IMG/VR virus record: IMGVR_UViG_3300023213_000432
Coordinates: 128,001-192,000 of that record
Length of the DNA: 64,000 nt
Source of the DNA: a virus
Taxonomy: Duplodnaviria > Caudoviricetes
Direction: 5' to 3' (one strand)
Below, piece after piece: positions 46,921 through 56,399 of the stretch. The notes beneath the pieces were generated by a model that saw nothing but the letters and a program-made list of their open reading frames with translations, ran no database searches and was not told the DNA's origin. Within the stretch, counting starts at the first letter, position 1. Each line of letters starts with the position of its first letter. Both the position numbers and the translations under genes were made by a program.

Positions 46921-47538
46921 ATGCAAGTTATTATTAATGGAATTCAGTCCGATACTGGTCAATCTATTACCGAAGAAACTTTTAATCGTTGCAATACTTT
47001 TGCGGAAGAATCTGTTGATAGTAATGCGGATCGATATGCGCGGCGCAATCAGTTTAATATTGAAAAAATAAAACTCGATATTCGAACCGGCAAGTTGGGA
47101 GAAGAATTAGTTTATAATATATTAGTCAAACAATTCCCCAATTTAACCAAACCAGATCATACAATTTACTCCAAAAAAGACAAGTCGTGGGCGCCTGATT
47201 TAAGCGATCCTGGTAGCGGAATTGTTATTGGAGTCAAGAGTCAAGAGATCAAATCGGAATTAGCTTATGGAAGATCTTGGGTCTTCCAATATCGAGCCGG
47301 CAAAAATTATGATAGCGACAAGGGTATCTTCGGAGAAAAAGATGACAAACATTATGTGGCGTTTGTTTCTATTAATTCTACCAAAAGAATCGGCGAACTG
47401 CGTGGTGTGGTGAAAGTAAATTGGTTGCATGAAAATAAGTTGTTTAAACCAATGAAGTTGCAACATTTGCAGAATAACAAAATGGCTGTTTATTATGAAG
47501 ATTTGGCTAAGTATGGAAAAGCTTTGTTTCAGCTATGA
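46921..47538 (+). CDS. PD-(D/E)XK-like hypothetical nuclease
   Basis: GKLGEELV..PDL....IGVKSQ pattern. Confidence 0.5.
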   Translation: MQVIINGIQSDTGQSITEETFNRCNTFAEESVDSNADRYARRNQFNIEKIKLDIRTGKLGEELVYNILVKQFPNLTKPDHTIYSKKDKSWAPDLSDPGSGIVIGVKSQEIKSELAYGRSWVFQYRAGKNYDSDKGIFGEKDDKHYVAFVSINSTKRIGELRGVVKVNWLHENKLFKPMKLQHLQNNKMAVYYEDLAKYGKALFQL

Positions 47539-48365
47539 TCAAAAGCCCCTTTCGATATCCCGGTTCTAAAAATAAAATGATTGTCCCAATAATGGAACAT
47601 CTAATTCCATTAATAGAAAAATATAAAGTATATTGCGAGCCGTTTATTGGAGGGGGCTCTATTTTGTTAGAGATCGCAGAAAAATATCCCAAATTAGAAC
47701 TTTTTGCCAATGATCGCGACGATTGGTGTTCAAGTTTTTGGCAAGTAATGTCTGATCCTGATACCACCAATCTAAATAGATTGCTCCAACTATTGGATAC
47801 TCAACCTACCATCGAACATTTCTATCAACTTCGCGAAACTCCATCAAATGATGTAATGGATTGTGCTTACCGTGCACTGTATTATAACCGCTGTTGTTTT
47901 AGTGGGATTGTGATGAAGGATGATAAAGGGATGGTCAAATCCAATCCCATTGGGGGCAAAAATCAAAAATCCAAATGGAAAGTTGACTGTCGCTATAATG
48001 CCAAAAAGTTAAAGGAAAAAGTCATCAAATGTCATCAATTATTAGCTGGAAGAACAACAGTGGAATGCAAGGACTTTTCGGAATATGATATGTTAATCAA
48101 ATCAGATTATCCTGCCTATTGCGATCCTCCATATGTGATTAAAGGCGGAATGCTTTATTCTGAAAATATGTCACTGATAGAACATAAGCAGTTAGCTAAT
48201 GTTCTGAACAAACGAAATAATTGGATTTTGTCATATGATGATTGCGATGAAGTTAGAGAAATGTATAAAAATAATCAGATAACTACTATTAGGGCCGCAT
48301 ATACAATAAATGGCAAGAAAGAAATGTGGAAAAATAATAACGAATTGATTATTGAACCGATATGA
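47535..48365 (+). CDS. DNA adenine methyltransferase (Dam/D12 class)
   Basis: PFRYPGSK, EPFIGGGS, YCDPPY, ILSYDD. Confidence 0.9.
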   Translation: MIKSPFRYPGSKNKMIVPIMEHLIPLIEKYKVYCEPFIGGGSILLEIAEKYPKLELFANDRDDWCSSFWQVMSDPDTTNLNRLLQLLDTQPTIEHFYQLRETPSNDVMDCAYRALYYNRCCFSGIVMKDDKGMVKSNPIGGKNQKSKWKVDCRYNAKKLKEKVIKCHQLLAGRTTVECKDFSEYDMLIKSDYPAYCDPPYVIKGGMLYSENMSLIEHKQLANVLNKRNNWILSYDDCDEVREMYKNNQITTIRAAYTINGKKEMWKNNNELIIEPI

Positions 48366-49522
48366 AAAAAGAAAGGAAAAAGTTAAGCAATGAAGAGCTT
48401 TTAGAAAATATTAAACTTTATCTAAAAGTAAATAAGCCGGGCTCGTCTTGTTTAGGTGTTGAAAGACGAGCGGTTTATATAATTTACGCCACAATTAAAT
48501 GTGAAAACGGCCACATTTGGACAACAAAATTTTCTCATATAAAATCGGGGCATTGGTGCGCAGCATGTTTGGGTATTGCAAAGAAAAGTCTAACAGATGT
48601 TCAAATATTTCTAGATCATAATTATAGTGGTTATGTTTGTATAAGTGATGATTATTTTAATACACATATCGACCTCAACATAAAGTGCAATAAAGGGCAT
48701 TCATTCAAAATTAGTTATAAACATTTAGTCCAAAATTCAGTTGCAGGTAAATGTCCAATTTGTCACCATAAAAGAAGAAGACGATTGAGTATTGGGCATA
48801 TCCAGAACTATCTAGACACTAATCATTGTGGTTCCAAATGCATAAAAATGTATCACAAAATCAATAATATAAAAACATATCTGTTAATAGATTGTGGTAA
48901 TGGACACCAATTTGGAATTAGATCGGATGCTCTATTTTTAGGGACATGGTGTCAAAAATGTAGAAAGATTAAAAGCAAAAACGAAATTATTGCGATAATA
49001 ACTGAAAGATGTTCAGAGTCCAAGTTGTTGGATGAAAATTACGTTAATGATAGATACCTGATGTCAATTTACTGTGGTAATGGTCATCAATGGAAAATTA
49101 ATGCTAATAATTTAAAAGATGGACATTGGTGTCCTAAGTGTAGTGAAAGTTTTGGCGAAACTATAACTCGTAAGTATTTTGAAGAAATTTTTGGATTTCA
49201 GTTTCCAAAGGTAAGACCAAATTGGCTCAAAAATCCTATCACTGGATATAATTTAGAACTTGATGGATATTGTGCTGAATTAAATATAGCCTTCGAATAC
49301 CAAGGAGATCAGCATTTTAAAAAAATACCCTTCTTTAAAATGACTGATGAGAGACTTATCTTGTCTCAGCAAAGAGATCAATTTAAAAGGAATTTATGTC
49401 AAAAAATGAACATATCTCTCATTGAGGTGCCACAATTAACTTATTATTTTAGAAAAGACGATCTATATAGGCTTATAATTGATGCTTGTTTGAAGTTGAA
49501 TATTTCGCCAAAGAATACATAA
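48362..49522 (+). CDS. zinc-ribbon-repeat protein with C-terminal PD-(D/E)XK nuclease (putative homing endonuclease)
   Basis: Repeats C.NGH.(W/F).....G.WC..C; LELDGY..IAFEYQGDQHF. Confidence 0.8.
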   Translation: MKKERKKLSNEELLENIKLYLKVNKPGSSCLGVERRAVYIIYATIKCENGHIWTTKFSHIKSGHWCAACLGIAKKSLTDVQIFLDHNYSGYVCISDDYFNTHIDLNIKCNKGHSFKISYKHLVQNSVAGKCPICHHKRRRRLSIGHIQNYLDTNHCGSKCIKMYHKINNIKTYLLIDCGNGHQFGIRSDALFLGTWCQKCRKIKSKNEIIAIITERCSESKLLDENYVNDRYLMSIYCGNGHQWKINANNLKDGHWCPKCSESFGETITRKYFEEIFGFQFPKVRPNWLKNPITGYNLELDGYCAELNIAFEYQGDQHFKKIPFFKMTDERLILSQQRDQFKRNLCQKMNISLIEVPQLTYYFRKDDLYRLIIDACLKLNISPKNT

Positions 49523-49541
49523 TTAAATTTGTTGTAGAAAT

Positions 49542-49871
49542 TTGAAGGAGCACGTAATGAAGTATTTGTTAATGTTATGTATGCTATTAAGTTTGACAAG
49601 TTGTGTGGTAGTTGGCCCCGCTGATGTTTACACAGATGAGTGTGTAGTTTTTCATGATGATCTTGGAGAGCGAGAAGTTTGTGGAGTTCGTTATTATCGA
49701 ACTCCCAAAGGCGATCTCTATTATTATGATGAGCGCTTCTCTATTTGGGTCGGCCCGAGAGGGTTTTATCGGGGCGGGATTTATTATTTTGGAATCCATC
49801 CGGGCTATCGCGAATATTACGGCCCTAACTGGTATTATCCTCACGGCTATTTCCGCTACAGAATTCGATGA
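49542..49871 (+). CDS. small lipoprotein-like hypothetical protein
   Basis: Lipobox LTSC; Tyr/Gly-rich tail. Confidence 0.55.
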   Translation: MKEHVMKYLLMLCMLLSLTSCVVVGPADVYTDECVVFHDDLGEREVCGVRYYRTPKGDLYYYDERFSIWVGPRGFYRGGIYYFGIHPGYREYYGPNWYYPHGYFRYRIR

Positions 49872-50164
49872 TCTTGATCTATATTCTTGCCATTTTTGGA
49901 CTTAATTTTGCTATTCGTCAAACAAGCGGGCCTTATGGAAGCATTGCTTGGCTTCGCAATAAGTTAATGTCCAATAGGCATTTAGGCGTCCTTTTTTACC
50001 AACTCTTAGAATGCTCGTTTTGTAGTGGGTTTTGGTGTGGAATTGTGATATGCCTGCTCCAAGGAGAAATACATATTAATCAACTTATTGTGTGGGGTTT
50101 GGCAGGCGCAACTATCAGTCTTATCTTAGATGCAACATTGACCAAATTGTGGTACGAAAAATGA
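49868..50164 (+). CDS. small membrane protein (DUF1360-like)
   Basis: GP....LR..LLEC.FC.GFW plus TM helices. Confidence 0.55.
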   Translation: MILIYILAIFGLNFAIRQTSGPYGSIAWLRNKLMSNRHLGVLFYQLLECSFCSGFWCGIVICLLQGEIHINQLIVWGLAGATISLILDATLTKLWYEK

Positions 50165-50769
50165 TCCAACAGTTTTGGGATAGGTGTTCTCTTTGTCCGG
50201 TATGTCATAACCGCCGAGTTCTTAGGGCTTCTGTTGGCCCGGATCGTTTCTTTCGAGACACTTCTTTTCAAAAAGAAGATAATGTTTTTCGGATCAAAAC
50301 CTATTATAAATGGAAAGATTTGAGATATTGTATTCATTTTGATATTGATTGTTTGACCAACACATTTACCGCTTCCTTTGAGGATCAATCAGATCAGTCA
50401 ATGGATGCCGCTATGAGTTTGGAAGATGAGAAATTATTCAAGAGAGTAGATTATGCTCGACCTTATTTTTGGATTGATGGAAATTGTCATCATTGCGAAA
50501 GAACAGCCATTCATACTACCGATATCATTCTTGATATGAGAACTATGCAACTAATACATAATGATATTGGAATCGAAAGAGAACTTATTTATGTTATGAA
50601 TCAATATGAAATAATTTTGCGCCCGCTTCAAAAGGAAATGGATATTGGCAAGCTAATAGACGGTGGTATAAAAATGAGCCAATACTTAACATGTCCTTTA
50701 GTAGATATCGATTTTTCTAATCCCGAACAAGCATTAAAGCGAGTAGAAACTTTATTAGTGTTTGGATGA
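50092..50769 (+). CDS. hypothetical protein (likely start 50161)
   Basis: CPVC..CHHC; ends RVETLLVFG. Confidence 0.6.
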   Translation: MGFGRRNYQSYLRCNIDQIVVRKMIQQFWDRCSLCPVCHNRRVLRASVGPDRFFRDTSFQKEDNVFRIKTYYKWKDLRYCIHFDIDCLTNTFTASFEDQSDQSMDAAMSLEDEKLFKRVDYARPYFWIDGNCHHCERTAIHTTDIILDMRTMQLIHNDIGIERELIYVMNQYEIILRPLQKEMDIGKLIDGGIKMSQYLTCPLVDIDFSNPEQALKRVETLLVFG

Positions 50770-50772
50770 GAT

Positions 50773-51105
50773 ATGTTTCGATCCTTTGACTGGAAATATC
50801 TGGATTATGATCCAACAACAAATCAATCTCGATACGAAATTATTTTTGTAGATGATGATTTTATCGAGACCACAATCGCTGCCTCCATTGCAGACTATGT
50901 CGTTGTCACCGTTTCCATCGCCCTAATCGATATTTACTCTCGAAGAAATCTCAATGTAGCTGGTAATCTAGTTTTGCTGATGCAATATATAGAAAATAAA
51001 CGGTCATGGGCAGATATTAAATGGCAAATCGAGGAATACCAAAAATGCATTCCAGAATATCAAAAATACCATGATCAAGTAATGGACTATCTAGTATTCA
51101 TGTGA
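50773..51105 (+). CDS. dispersed paralog family protein, copy 7
   Basis: Family motifs. Confidence 0.85.
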   Translation: MFRSFDWKYLDYDPTTNQSRYEIIFVDDDFIETTIAASIADYVVVTVSIALIDIYSRRNLNVAGNLVLLMQYIENKRSWADIKWQIEEYQKCIPEYQKYHDQVMDYLVFM

Positions 51106-51117
51106 GAAAGAAGTAAA

Positions 51118-51453
51118 ATGTTTCAATCTTTTGATTGGAGATATCTGGGTTATAATCTAAAAACAAATCAATCTCAATACGAAACTACTTTCGTAGATGA
51201 TGATTTTATCGAAACAGTCGTCGTTTCCTTCATCAGCACCATCAATGACGGATCTTCCCTCGCCGCTGTTCTGATTGATATTTACTCTCAAAGAAATCTC
51301 AATGTAGCGGGCAATCTTGTGTTGTTAATGCAATATATAGAAAATAAATGGCCATGGATAGATATTAAGTGGCAAATCGAGCGTTATCAAAAAGAAGTTC
51401 CTGAATACCAGAAATACCACGATCAAGTAATGGATTATCTAATATTCATGTAG
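51118..51453 (+). CDS. dispersed paralog family protein, copy 8
   Basis: Family motifs; tandem with copy 7. Confidence 0.85.
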   Translation: MFQSFDWRYLGYNLKTNQSQYETTFVDDDFIETVVVSFISTINDGSSLAAVLIDIYSQRNLNVAGNLVLLMQYIENKWPWIDIKWQIERYQKEVPEYQKYHDQVMDYLIFM

Positions 51454-51463
51454 AAGTTGTTAT

Positions 51464-51483
51464 ATTGCTCGGTACGCCGAGAC
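51464..51483 (+). repeat. dispersed hairpin motif copy 6
   Basis: ATTG-CTCGG-TACG-CCGAG-AC, identical to copy 3. Confidence 0.85.
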
Positions 51484-51505
51484 GGTTAAAACAGAGGTTG
51501 ATAAA

Positions 51506-52153
51506 ATGGCACTTAAAATTGTTGCAATATCTGATACGCATTCTTATCATCGCAAGATTAGCGTGCCTGATGGTGATGTTCTAGTTTTTGCGGGCGACAT
51601 AACGTGGAAAGGTGAATTAGATATTATTGCTGATTTTGTCAATTGGCTTCGAGAATTACCCCACAAACATAAGTGCGTGATATTTGGCAACCATGAATTA
51701 GGATTTCAACATGGTTTTAAACGGATTCCTGCTATCAATATGATCAAAGAGGCGGGAGCACATTATCTTGAGGATAGCGGGGTTGAAATTGAAGGGAAAC
51801 TTTTTTGGGGTAGCCCATGGCAGCCATGGTTTCACGATTGGGAATGGAATTTACCACGAGGAGAAAAATTGGCCAAAAGATGGGCTATGATACCTAAGGA
51901 AACTAACGTTTTGTTGTGCCATGGCCCTCCATTCGGCATTGGTAGTTTGGACTTGCTAGATTCTGGCGAGAGGGTTGGTTGTGAAGAGCTGACTAAAAGA
52001 ATAAAAACTCTTCCAGAATTGGAATTATTTGTGTGCGGTCATATTCATTCGGGATACTCTAAGCACATAGAAAATAATGTTACTTTTGTGAATGCTGCTA
52101 GTTGCGACGAACAGTATAATCCAATTAATCCTCCGATTATTGTGGATTTATGA
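51506..52153 (+). CDS. calcineurin-like metallophosphoesterase
   Basis: ISDTH, FAGD, IFGNHE, LCHGPP, CGHIH. Confidence 0.9.
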   Translation: MALKIVAISDTHSYHRKISVPDGDVLVFAGDITWKGELDIIADFVNWLRELPHKHKCVIFGNHELGFQHGFKRIPAINMIKEAGAHYLEDSGVEIEGKLFWGSPWQPWFHDWEWNLPRGEKLAKRWAMIPKETNVLLCHGPPFGIGSLDLLDSGERVGCEELTKRIKTLPELELFVCGHIHSGYSKHIENNVTFVNAASCDEQYNPINPPIIVDL

Positions 52154-52273
52154 TTTCCAATTTTGACCAGATTTGATGGCACCAATAGTGCTCTAACTAA
52201 CATTGTATATTTTGGCTATTTCTTTTTGTGTTAGATCATTATTTAATGAACCGATTGTGATTGAGGTATAAGA

Positions 52274-52621
52274 ATGAAGAAGAAAAATTATTTTATTGTA
52301 ATCAGCAAGGACATCGATGATTTCGACCCGTCAACCCTCATGCCTAATCCAATTATTGTATTAGGGGCAACTAATATGGAAGCCAAATATTTCAATGATC
52401 TGTCAGGTGAAATTTCAATTGAGGTAAATGGAGATGAAGTGTTCTTTTCTTGCAGCGGCAAAATGCATCATCAGATTGCTGGGCTTCAAAAGCAAATTGC
52501 TAAAAAAGAAAAACAATTTGCACAGCATATCAGAAGCATGAAATTGGCTCTTGGAGTTATGAAAGAGGGACTAAAAGTCGCTCGCAAAGCCATCAAGAAA
52601 AACAAAAGCAATGAACTATAA
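52274..52621 (+). CDS. hypothetical protein
   Basis: GAGG RBS; 115 aa. Confidence 0.6.
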   Translation: MKKKNYFIVISKDIDDFDPSTLMPNPIIVLGATNMEAKYFNDLSGEISIEVNGDEVFFSCSGKMHHQIAGLQKQIAKKEKQFAQHIRSMKLALGVMKEGLKVARKAIKKNKSNEL

Positions 52622-52799
52622 AGAATTAGCAAGAAAATGGTTGATTGAACACGAGCATTATGAACACGAACATTCTTTCAACGATGATTTAGAAAGCCTT
52701 TTGACATTAATTACTACGGCAGTTGATCATTATTTTGATACTTATGAAGAAATAGCGCCGACGGAATGCAAGAATTGTAAGTGTGGAAGGTTTAAATGA
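52611..52799 (+). CDS. hypothetical protein
   Basis: Coupled small ORF. Confidence 0.5.
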   Translation: MNYKELARKWLIEHEHYEHEHSFNDDLESLLTLITTAVDHYFDTYEEIAPTECKNCKCGRFK

Positions 52800-53158
52800 T
52801 TAAATTCAAATTATTCAGTGAATACGGCAGATCCTTCAAGGAATACTTGCCAAAGAAGTGCAAAAGATTGCCATCTCCTTTCACCCTGAAACATATCAAG
52901 CCGGGGATGTTCAATAAAACGGTGATGAAAAGATTACAATCCGCTAAAGAAAACGGTATGAAAATCGCTGTTCGGAAGTATGCTGGTTATAACCTTGTCG
53001 GCATTTTAGTAATCAACGAAGAAGATCAAAAAGAACAAAAGAAGGAACTCACTAGCCTCAAAAGAAAATATACTCGGTTGCTGAAAGATGAGAAGGTGAT
53101 AGAGTTTTTGAACATCAAAGCTAAATTGTTTATATTGACTAACGGGGCGGATTTATAA
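52796..53158 (+). CDS. hypothetical protein
   Basis: Coupled ORF. Confidence 0.55.
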   Translation: MIKFKLFSEYGRSFKEYLPKKCKRLPSPFTLKHIKPGMFNKTVMKRLQSAKENGMKIAVRKYAGYNLVGILVINEEDQKEQKKELTSLKRKYTRLLKDEKVIEFLNIKAKLFILTNGADL

Positions 53159-53635
53159 GTGATTTTAGCCATCACCGGTCATAGACCCTCGAAATTAGGT
53201 GGATTTTCTCTCCCCAATCCAACCTATCTCAAAGTTTGTCAAGCCTTGGATGCCAAGTTCCGAGAACTGAAGCCAGAAAAGATTATTGTAGGAATGTCAC
53301 AGGGGATCGATCAATATGCAGCTTTTGTGGCTCATAAACTTGGAATACCATTCATTGCCGCTGTTCCATTTGTGGGACAAGAAAAGATTTGGCCCGCCGC
53401 CGCGCAAAAGACCTATCACCAACTCTTGAAGTTAGCATCGAAACAAGTGATTGTGAGTGAGGGCGGATATTCAATAGAAAAGATGATGATTAGGAATGAA
53501 TGGATGGTAGATCAGGCTGATATGATTTTAGCTTGTTTTGATAAAACTACCAAAAATGGTGGAACATATAATTGTATCCAATATGTCATTAAAAAAAGCA
53601 AACCAATTATCTTTATAGATCCCAAAGAACTTTAA
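53159..53635 (+). CDS. SLOG family protein (YpsA/DUF1273-like)
   Basis: AITGHRP.KLGG, GMSQGID, RNEWMVD, GGT.NC. Confidence 0.85.
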   Translation: MILAITGHRPSKLGGFSLPNPTYLKVCQALDAKFRELKPEKIIVGMSQGIDQYAAFVAHKLGIPFIAAVPFVGQEKIWPAAAQKTYHQLLKLASKQVIVSEGGYSIEKMMIRNEWMVDQADMILACFDKTTKNGGTYNCIQYVIKKSKPIIFIDPKEL

Positions 53636-53638
53636 TAA

Positions 53639-54883
53639 ATGGAAAAAATAATGATAACTTATAAACCTAACGATTTTCGAACATATACTAAACAAGATGT
53701 AGAAAAACTTCGAGGCTCTTTTCAAATAGAATACACTGTTGCCAAAATGGGCGCCGAAAGATTATGGTGGCTTTTTAATAATCGTCCATACATCAAAGCA
53801 CTTGGGGCACTAACTGGCAATCAAGCTATGCAAATGGTCAAAGCAGGATTGGAAGCTATCTATTTGAGTGGTTGGCAAGTAGCCGCCGATAATAATACTT
53901 ATGGTGGCATGTATCCAGATCAATCTATTTATCCTGTCAACAGTGTTCCTAATGTGGTCAAGAAAGTTAATAATACTTTATTTCGAGCAGATCAAATTGA
54001 ACATGTTGAAGGCGGTGTCAAACGACATTGGTTAGCCCCGATTATAGCTGATGCTGAAGCTGGTTTTGGTGGATGCTTGAATTCTTTTGAATTAGCCAAG
54101 AACATGATTGAGGCAGGGGCAGCCGGCATTCATTATGAGGATCAGTTGTCGAGTGAAAAGAAATGTGGGCATTTGTCGGGCAAAGTATTGATTCCAACAT
54201 CTTCCTTCATTAAACATCTTATTGCCGCCCGATTAGCAGCAGATGTTTGTGGCACTAAAACGGTATTAGTTGCTCGAACAGATGCGGATAGTGCCCAGTT
54301 TATTACTTCGGATGCGGATGAATATGACGCTCCCTTTATTGATAAGGAAAAGCGAAGTAAAGATGGCTTCTATAAGGTGATAGGCGATCCAATAGATCGT
54401 TGCGTTGCTCGTGGTTTAGCTTATGCTCCTTATGCGGATATGTTATGGATGGAGACGAGCACGCCTTCATTGGAACAAGCTCAAAAATTTGCTGAAGGTA
54501 TCCATGCTAAATATCCTGACAAACTTCTTGCCTATAATAATTCGCCGTCTTTCAATTGGAAAAAACATCTTTCCAATAAGGAAATTGCAACATTCCAAGA
54601 CGAATTGGGCAAATTAGGCTATAAGTTTCAATTTATTACGTTAGCAGGCTTCCATGCACTCAATACCAGTATGTTTGAGTTAGCAGCCGGATATAAAGAG
54701 CATGGGATGAGTGCTTATGTAGAGTTGCAAGAGAAAGAGCTTGGATTGCAGGAGCTAGGATTTAGCGCAGTGAAACATCAAAGAGAAATTGGAACCGGAT
54801 ATTTCGACATGGTTCGCCAAGTGATCGATGGTAATTCAGAAATGTCAGCGTTAGAACATTCGACGGAAAAGAAACAATTTTGA
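53639..54883 (+). CDS. aceA: isocitrate lyase
   Basis: [64 protein letters not shown]. Confidence 0.95.
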   Translation: MEKIMITYKPNDFRTYTKQDVEKLRGSFQIEYTVAKMGAERLWWLFNNRPYIKALGALTGNQAMQMVKAGLEAIYLSGWQVAADNNTYGGMYPDQSIYPVNSVPNVVKKVNNTLFRADQIEHVEGGVKRHWLAPIIADAEAGFGGCLNSFELAKNMIEAGAAGIHYEDQLSSEKKCGHLSGKVLIPTSSFIKHLIAARLAADVCGTKTVLVARTDADSAQFITSDADEYDAPFIDKEKRSKDGFYKVIGDPIDRCVARGLAYAPYADMLWMETSTPSLEQAQKFAEGIHAKYPDKLLAYNNSPSFNWKKHLSNKEIATFQDELGKLGYKFQFITLAGFHALNTSMFELAAGYKEHGMSAYVELQEKELGLQELGFSAVKHQREIGTGYFDMVRQVIDGNSEMSALEHSTEKKQF

Positions 54884-54895
54884 GGAGATTAAATT

Positions 54896-55177
54896 ATGGA
54901 AGAGATCGTAAAATTGATTATTGATTGTACAAAGTTGGGTAACATAGTAGATAGCGAAAGACTTTCCATTGAGAGATCTGAAAAAGAAGGAAAGGAAATG
55001 TTTAAGGTTAAGATAAGTTATTTTGAAATCTGCAATGTAAGTTTGTATCAGGCGCTTTTGGAATTGAAAAGTAAGTTAGTATCTGAAATACAAGACAGAA
55101 TACAAATGACTTTGCGAGACGCAACTGATAAACTTAATACTTATTCTAAAATGTTGGAAGAAGCGGGTTGTCAATAA
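54896..55177 (+). CDS. hypothetical protein
   Basis: GAGGAG RBS. Confidence 0.6.
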   Translation: MEEIVKLIIDCTKLGNIVDSERLSIERSEKEGKEMFKVKISYFEICNVSLYQALLELKSKLVSEIQDRIQMTLRDATDKLNTYSKMLEEAGCQ

Positions 55178-55194
55178 GATGATATAAACAACGC

Positions 55195-55269
55195 GGCACG
55201 GTAGCCCAATTGGCAGGAGGCGGAATATTCAAAGTATTCACAGTGTCAGTTCGAATCTGATCCGTGCTA
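55195..55269 (+). tRNA. tRNA-Leu (CAA), short variable loop
   Basis: Acceptor GGCACGG/CCGTGCT, A73; stem GAATA/TATTC with loop TTCAAAG; T arm GTCAG-TTCGAAT-CTGAT; no encoded CCA. Confidence 0.8.
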
Positions 55270-55274
55270 CGAAT

Positions 55275-55354
55275 GGTGTTGTGTCGTAATGCGGCCGAGC
55301 AACGTTTAGATCGTTGTGCCCGAAGGCGTGTAGGTTCGAGTTCTACCAGTACCA
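55275..55354 (+). tRNA. tRNA-Leu (TAG)
   Basis: Acceptor GGTGTTG/CAGTACC, A73; stem CAACG/CGTTG with loop TTTAGAT; variable arm GCC-CGAA-GGC. Confidence 0.78.
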
Positions 55355-55360
55355 GTAAGA

Positions 55361-56371
55361 TTAATTCACAAAATAGAAAAATTGTATTGGATTGCCACCC
55401 TTTTTATCATAATCTTCTATTAGTCGTTTTTCTCTTTTGAGAATGCCTCTTTTGTATAGTCGTTCTATAAATTTGACACTATATTGTTCAGTCATTATTG
55501 ATAAATTGTTTGCAGCAAATATAGTGTTTAATGGTAATAACAATTCTTTTGCTGGCGTTGGGCCAAATTTTTGCAGAACTTTGAGTGTTAATATTTCTTT
55601 CGCAGAGGGATGCATTCTATTTTTGAAATTAGCATCTGCCAACGGCGGCACATCAGTATAAAATCTGGCTTCTGTTTTTCTCCAAATCTCTGATTTTCTT
55701 GCCATACTTTCTGGGAAAACATTATCAATCTCTTGGAGTAGTTTTCTTGCTGCGCTATCACATGCAACGATACGTAATTTTTCATGACCATCTTTGGCTA
55801 TACCCAAATGTAGAAGGCTGAAATGTTCATTATATCGTTTAGACAACATAGTAGCCAAAAACTCAACATCTTCTGGTAAAAACCCTTCGGTGCATAATCG
55901 AAGATAAAAACGATATTTGGATGCACGTGTTTTGATGTGCCCATCATCAGCAAACCAAACTGCTAATGTTAACGGAGTTAATTCAATATTTCTTGGTACC
56001 ATTTTAATGATCTTGTCTTGCCATGGTTTATACCAAATATCATAGTAATATGTGAATACAGGAAAACGACGTGTTTTTATGCTTGCCATTTCATAAATTT
56101 TATTGTTGATTAATTTTCCATTGATAGTTGGTGCAGGACAACCTCTATGGTAAATGTCTGCGGTTATATATTCATGAAATATTTCATGTTGCCATAGTAG
56201 ATAGTTAATATCTTCAGCGCTTCTTTCAATAGAAAGGCTCGCGTTAGATCGTGAATTTTCCCTTCCAGCCAAGGAACCATCCCCCAACAATAATCCAGTC
56301 ATTATTTCATGTTGAATGCCTGTTAATGGATGTTTCAGGGTATTAATTTCTTCTGCTGTTAATCTTGCCAC
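55361..56371 (-). CDS. LAGLIDADG homing endonuclease
   Basis: GLLLGDGSL and LAVWFADDG. Confidence 0.85.
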   Translation of the reverse strand: MARLTAEEINTLKHPLTGIQHEIMTGLLLGDGSLAGRENSRSNASLSIERSAEDINYLLWQHEIFHEYITADIYHRGCPAPTINGKLINNKIYEMASIKTRRFPVFTYYYDIWYKPWQDKIIKMVPRNIELTPLTLAVWFADDGHIKTRASKYRFYLRLCTEGFLPEDVEFLATMLSKRYNEHFSLLHLGIAKDGHEKLRIVACDSAARKLLQEIDNVFPESMARKSEIWRKTEARFYTDVPPLADANFKNRMHPSAKEILTLKVLQKFGPTPAKELLLPLNTIFAANNLSIMTEQYSVKFIERLYKRGILKREKRLIEDYDKKGGNPIQFFYFVN

Positions 56372-56399
56372 ATTCAGTTATATATCAGCTTTTCAGCAG

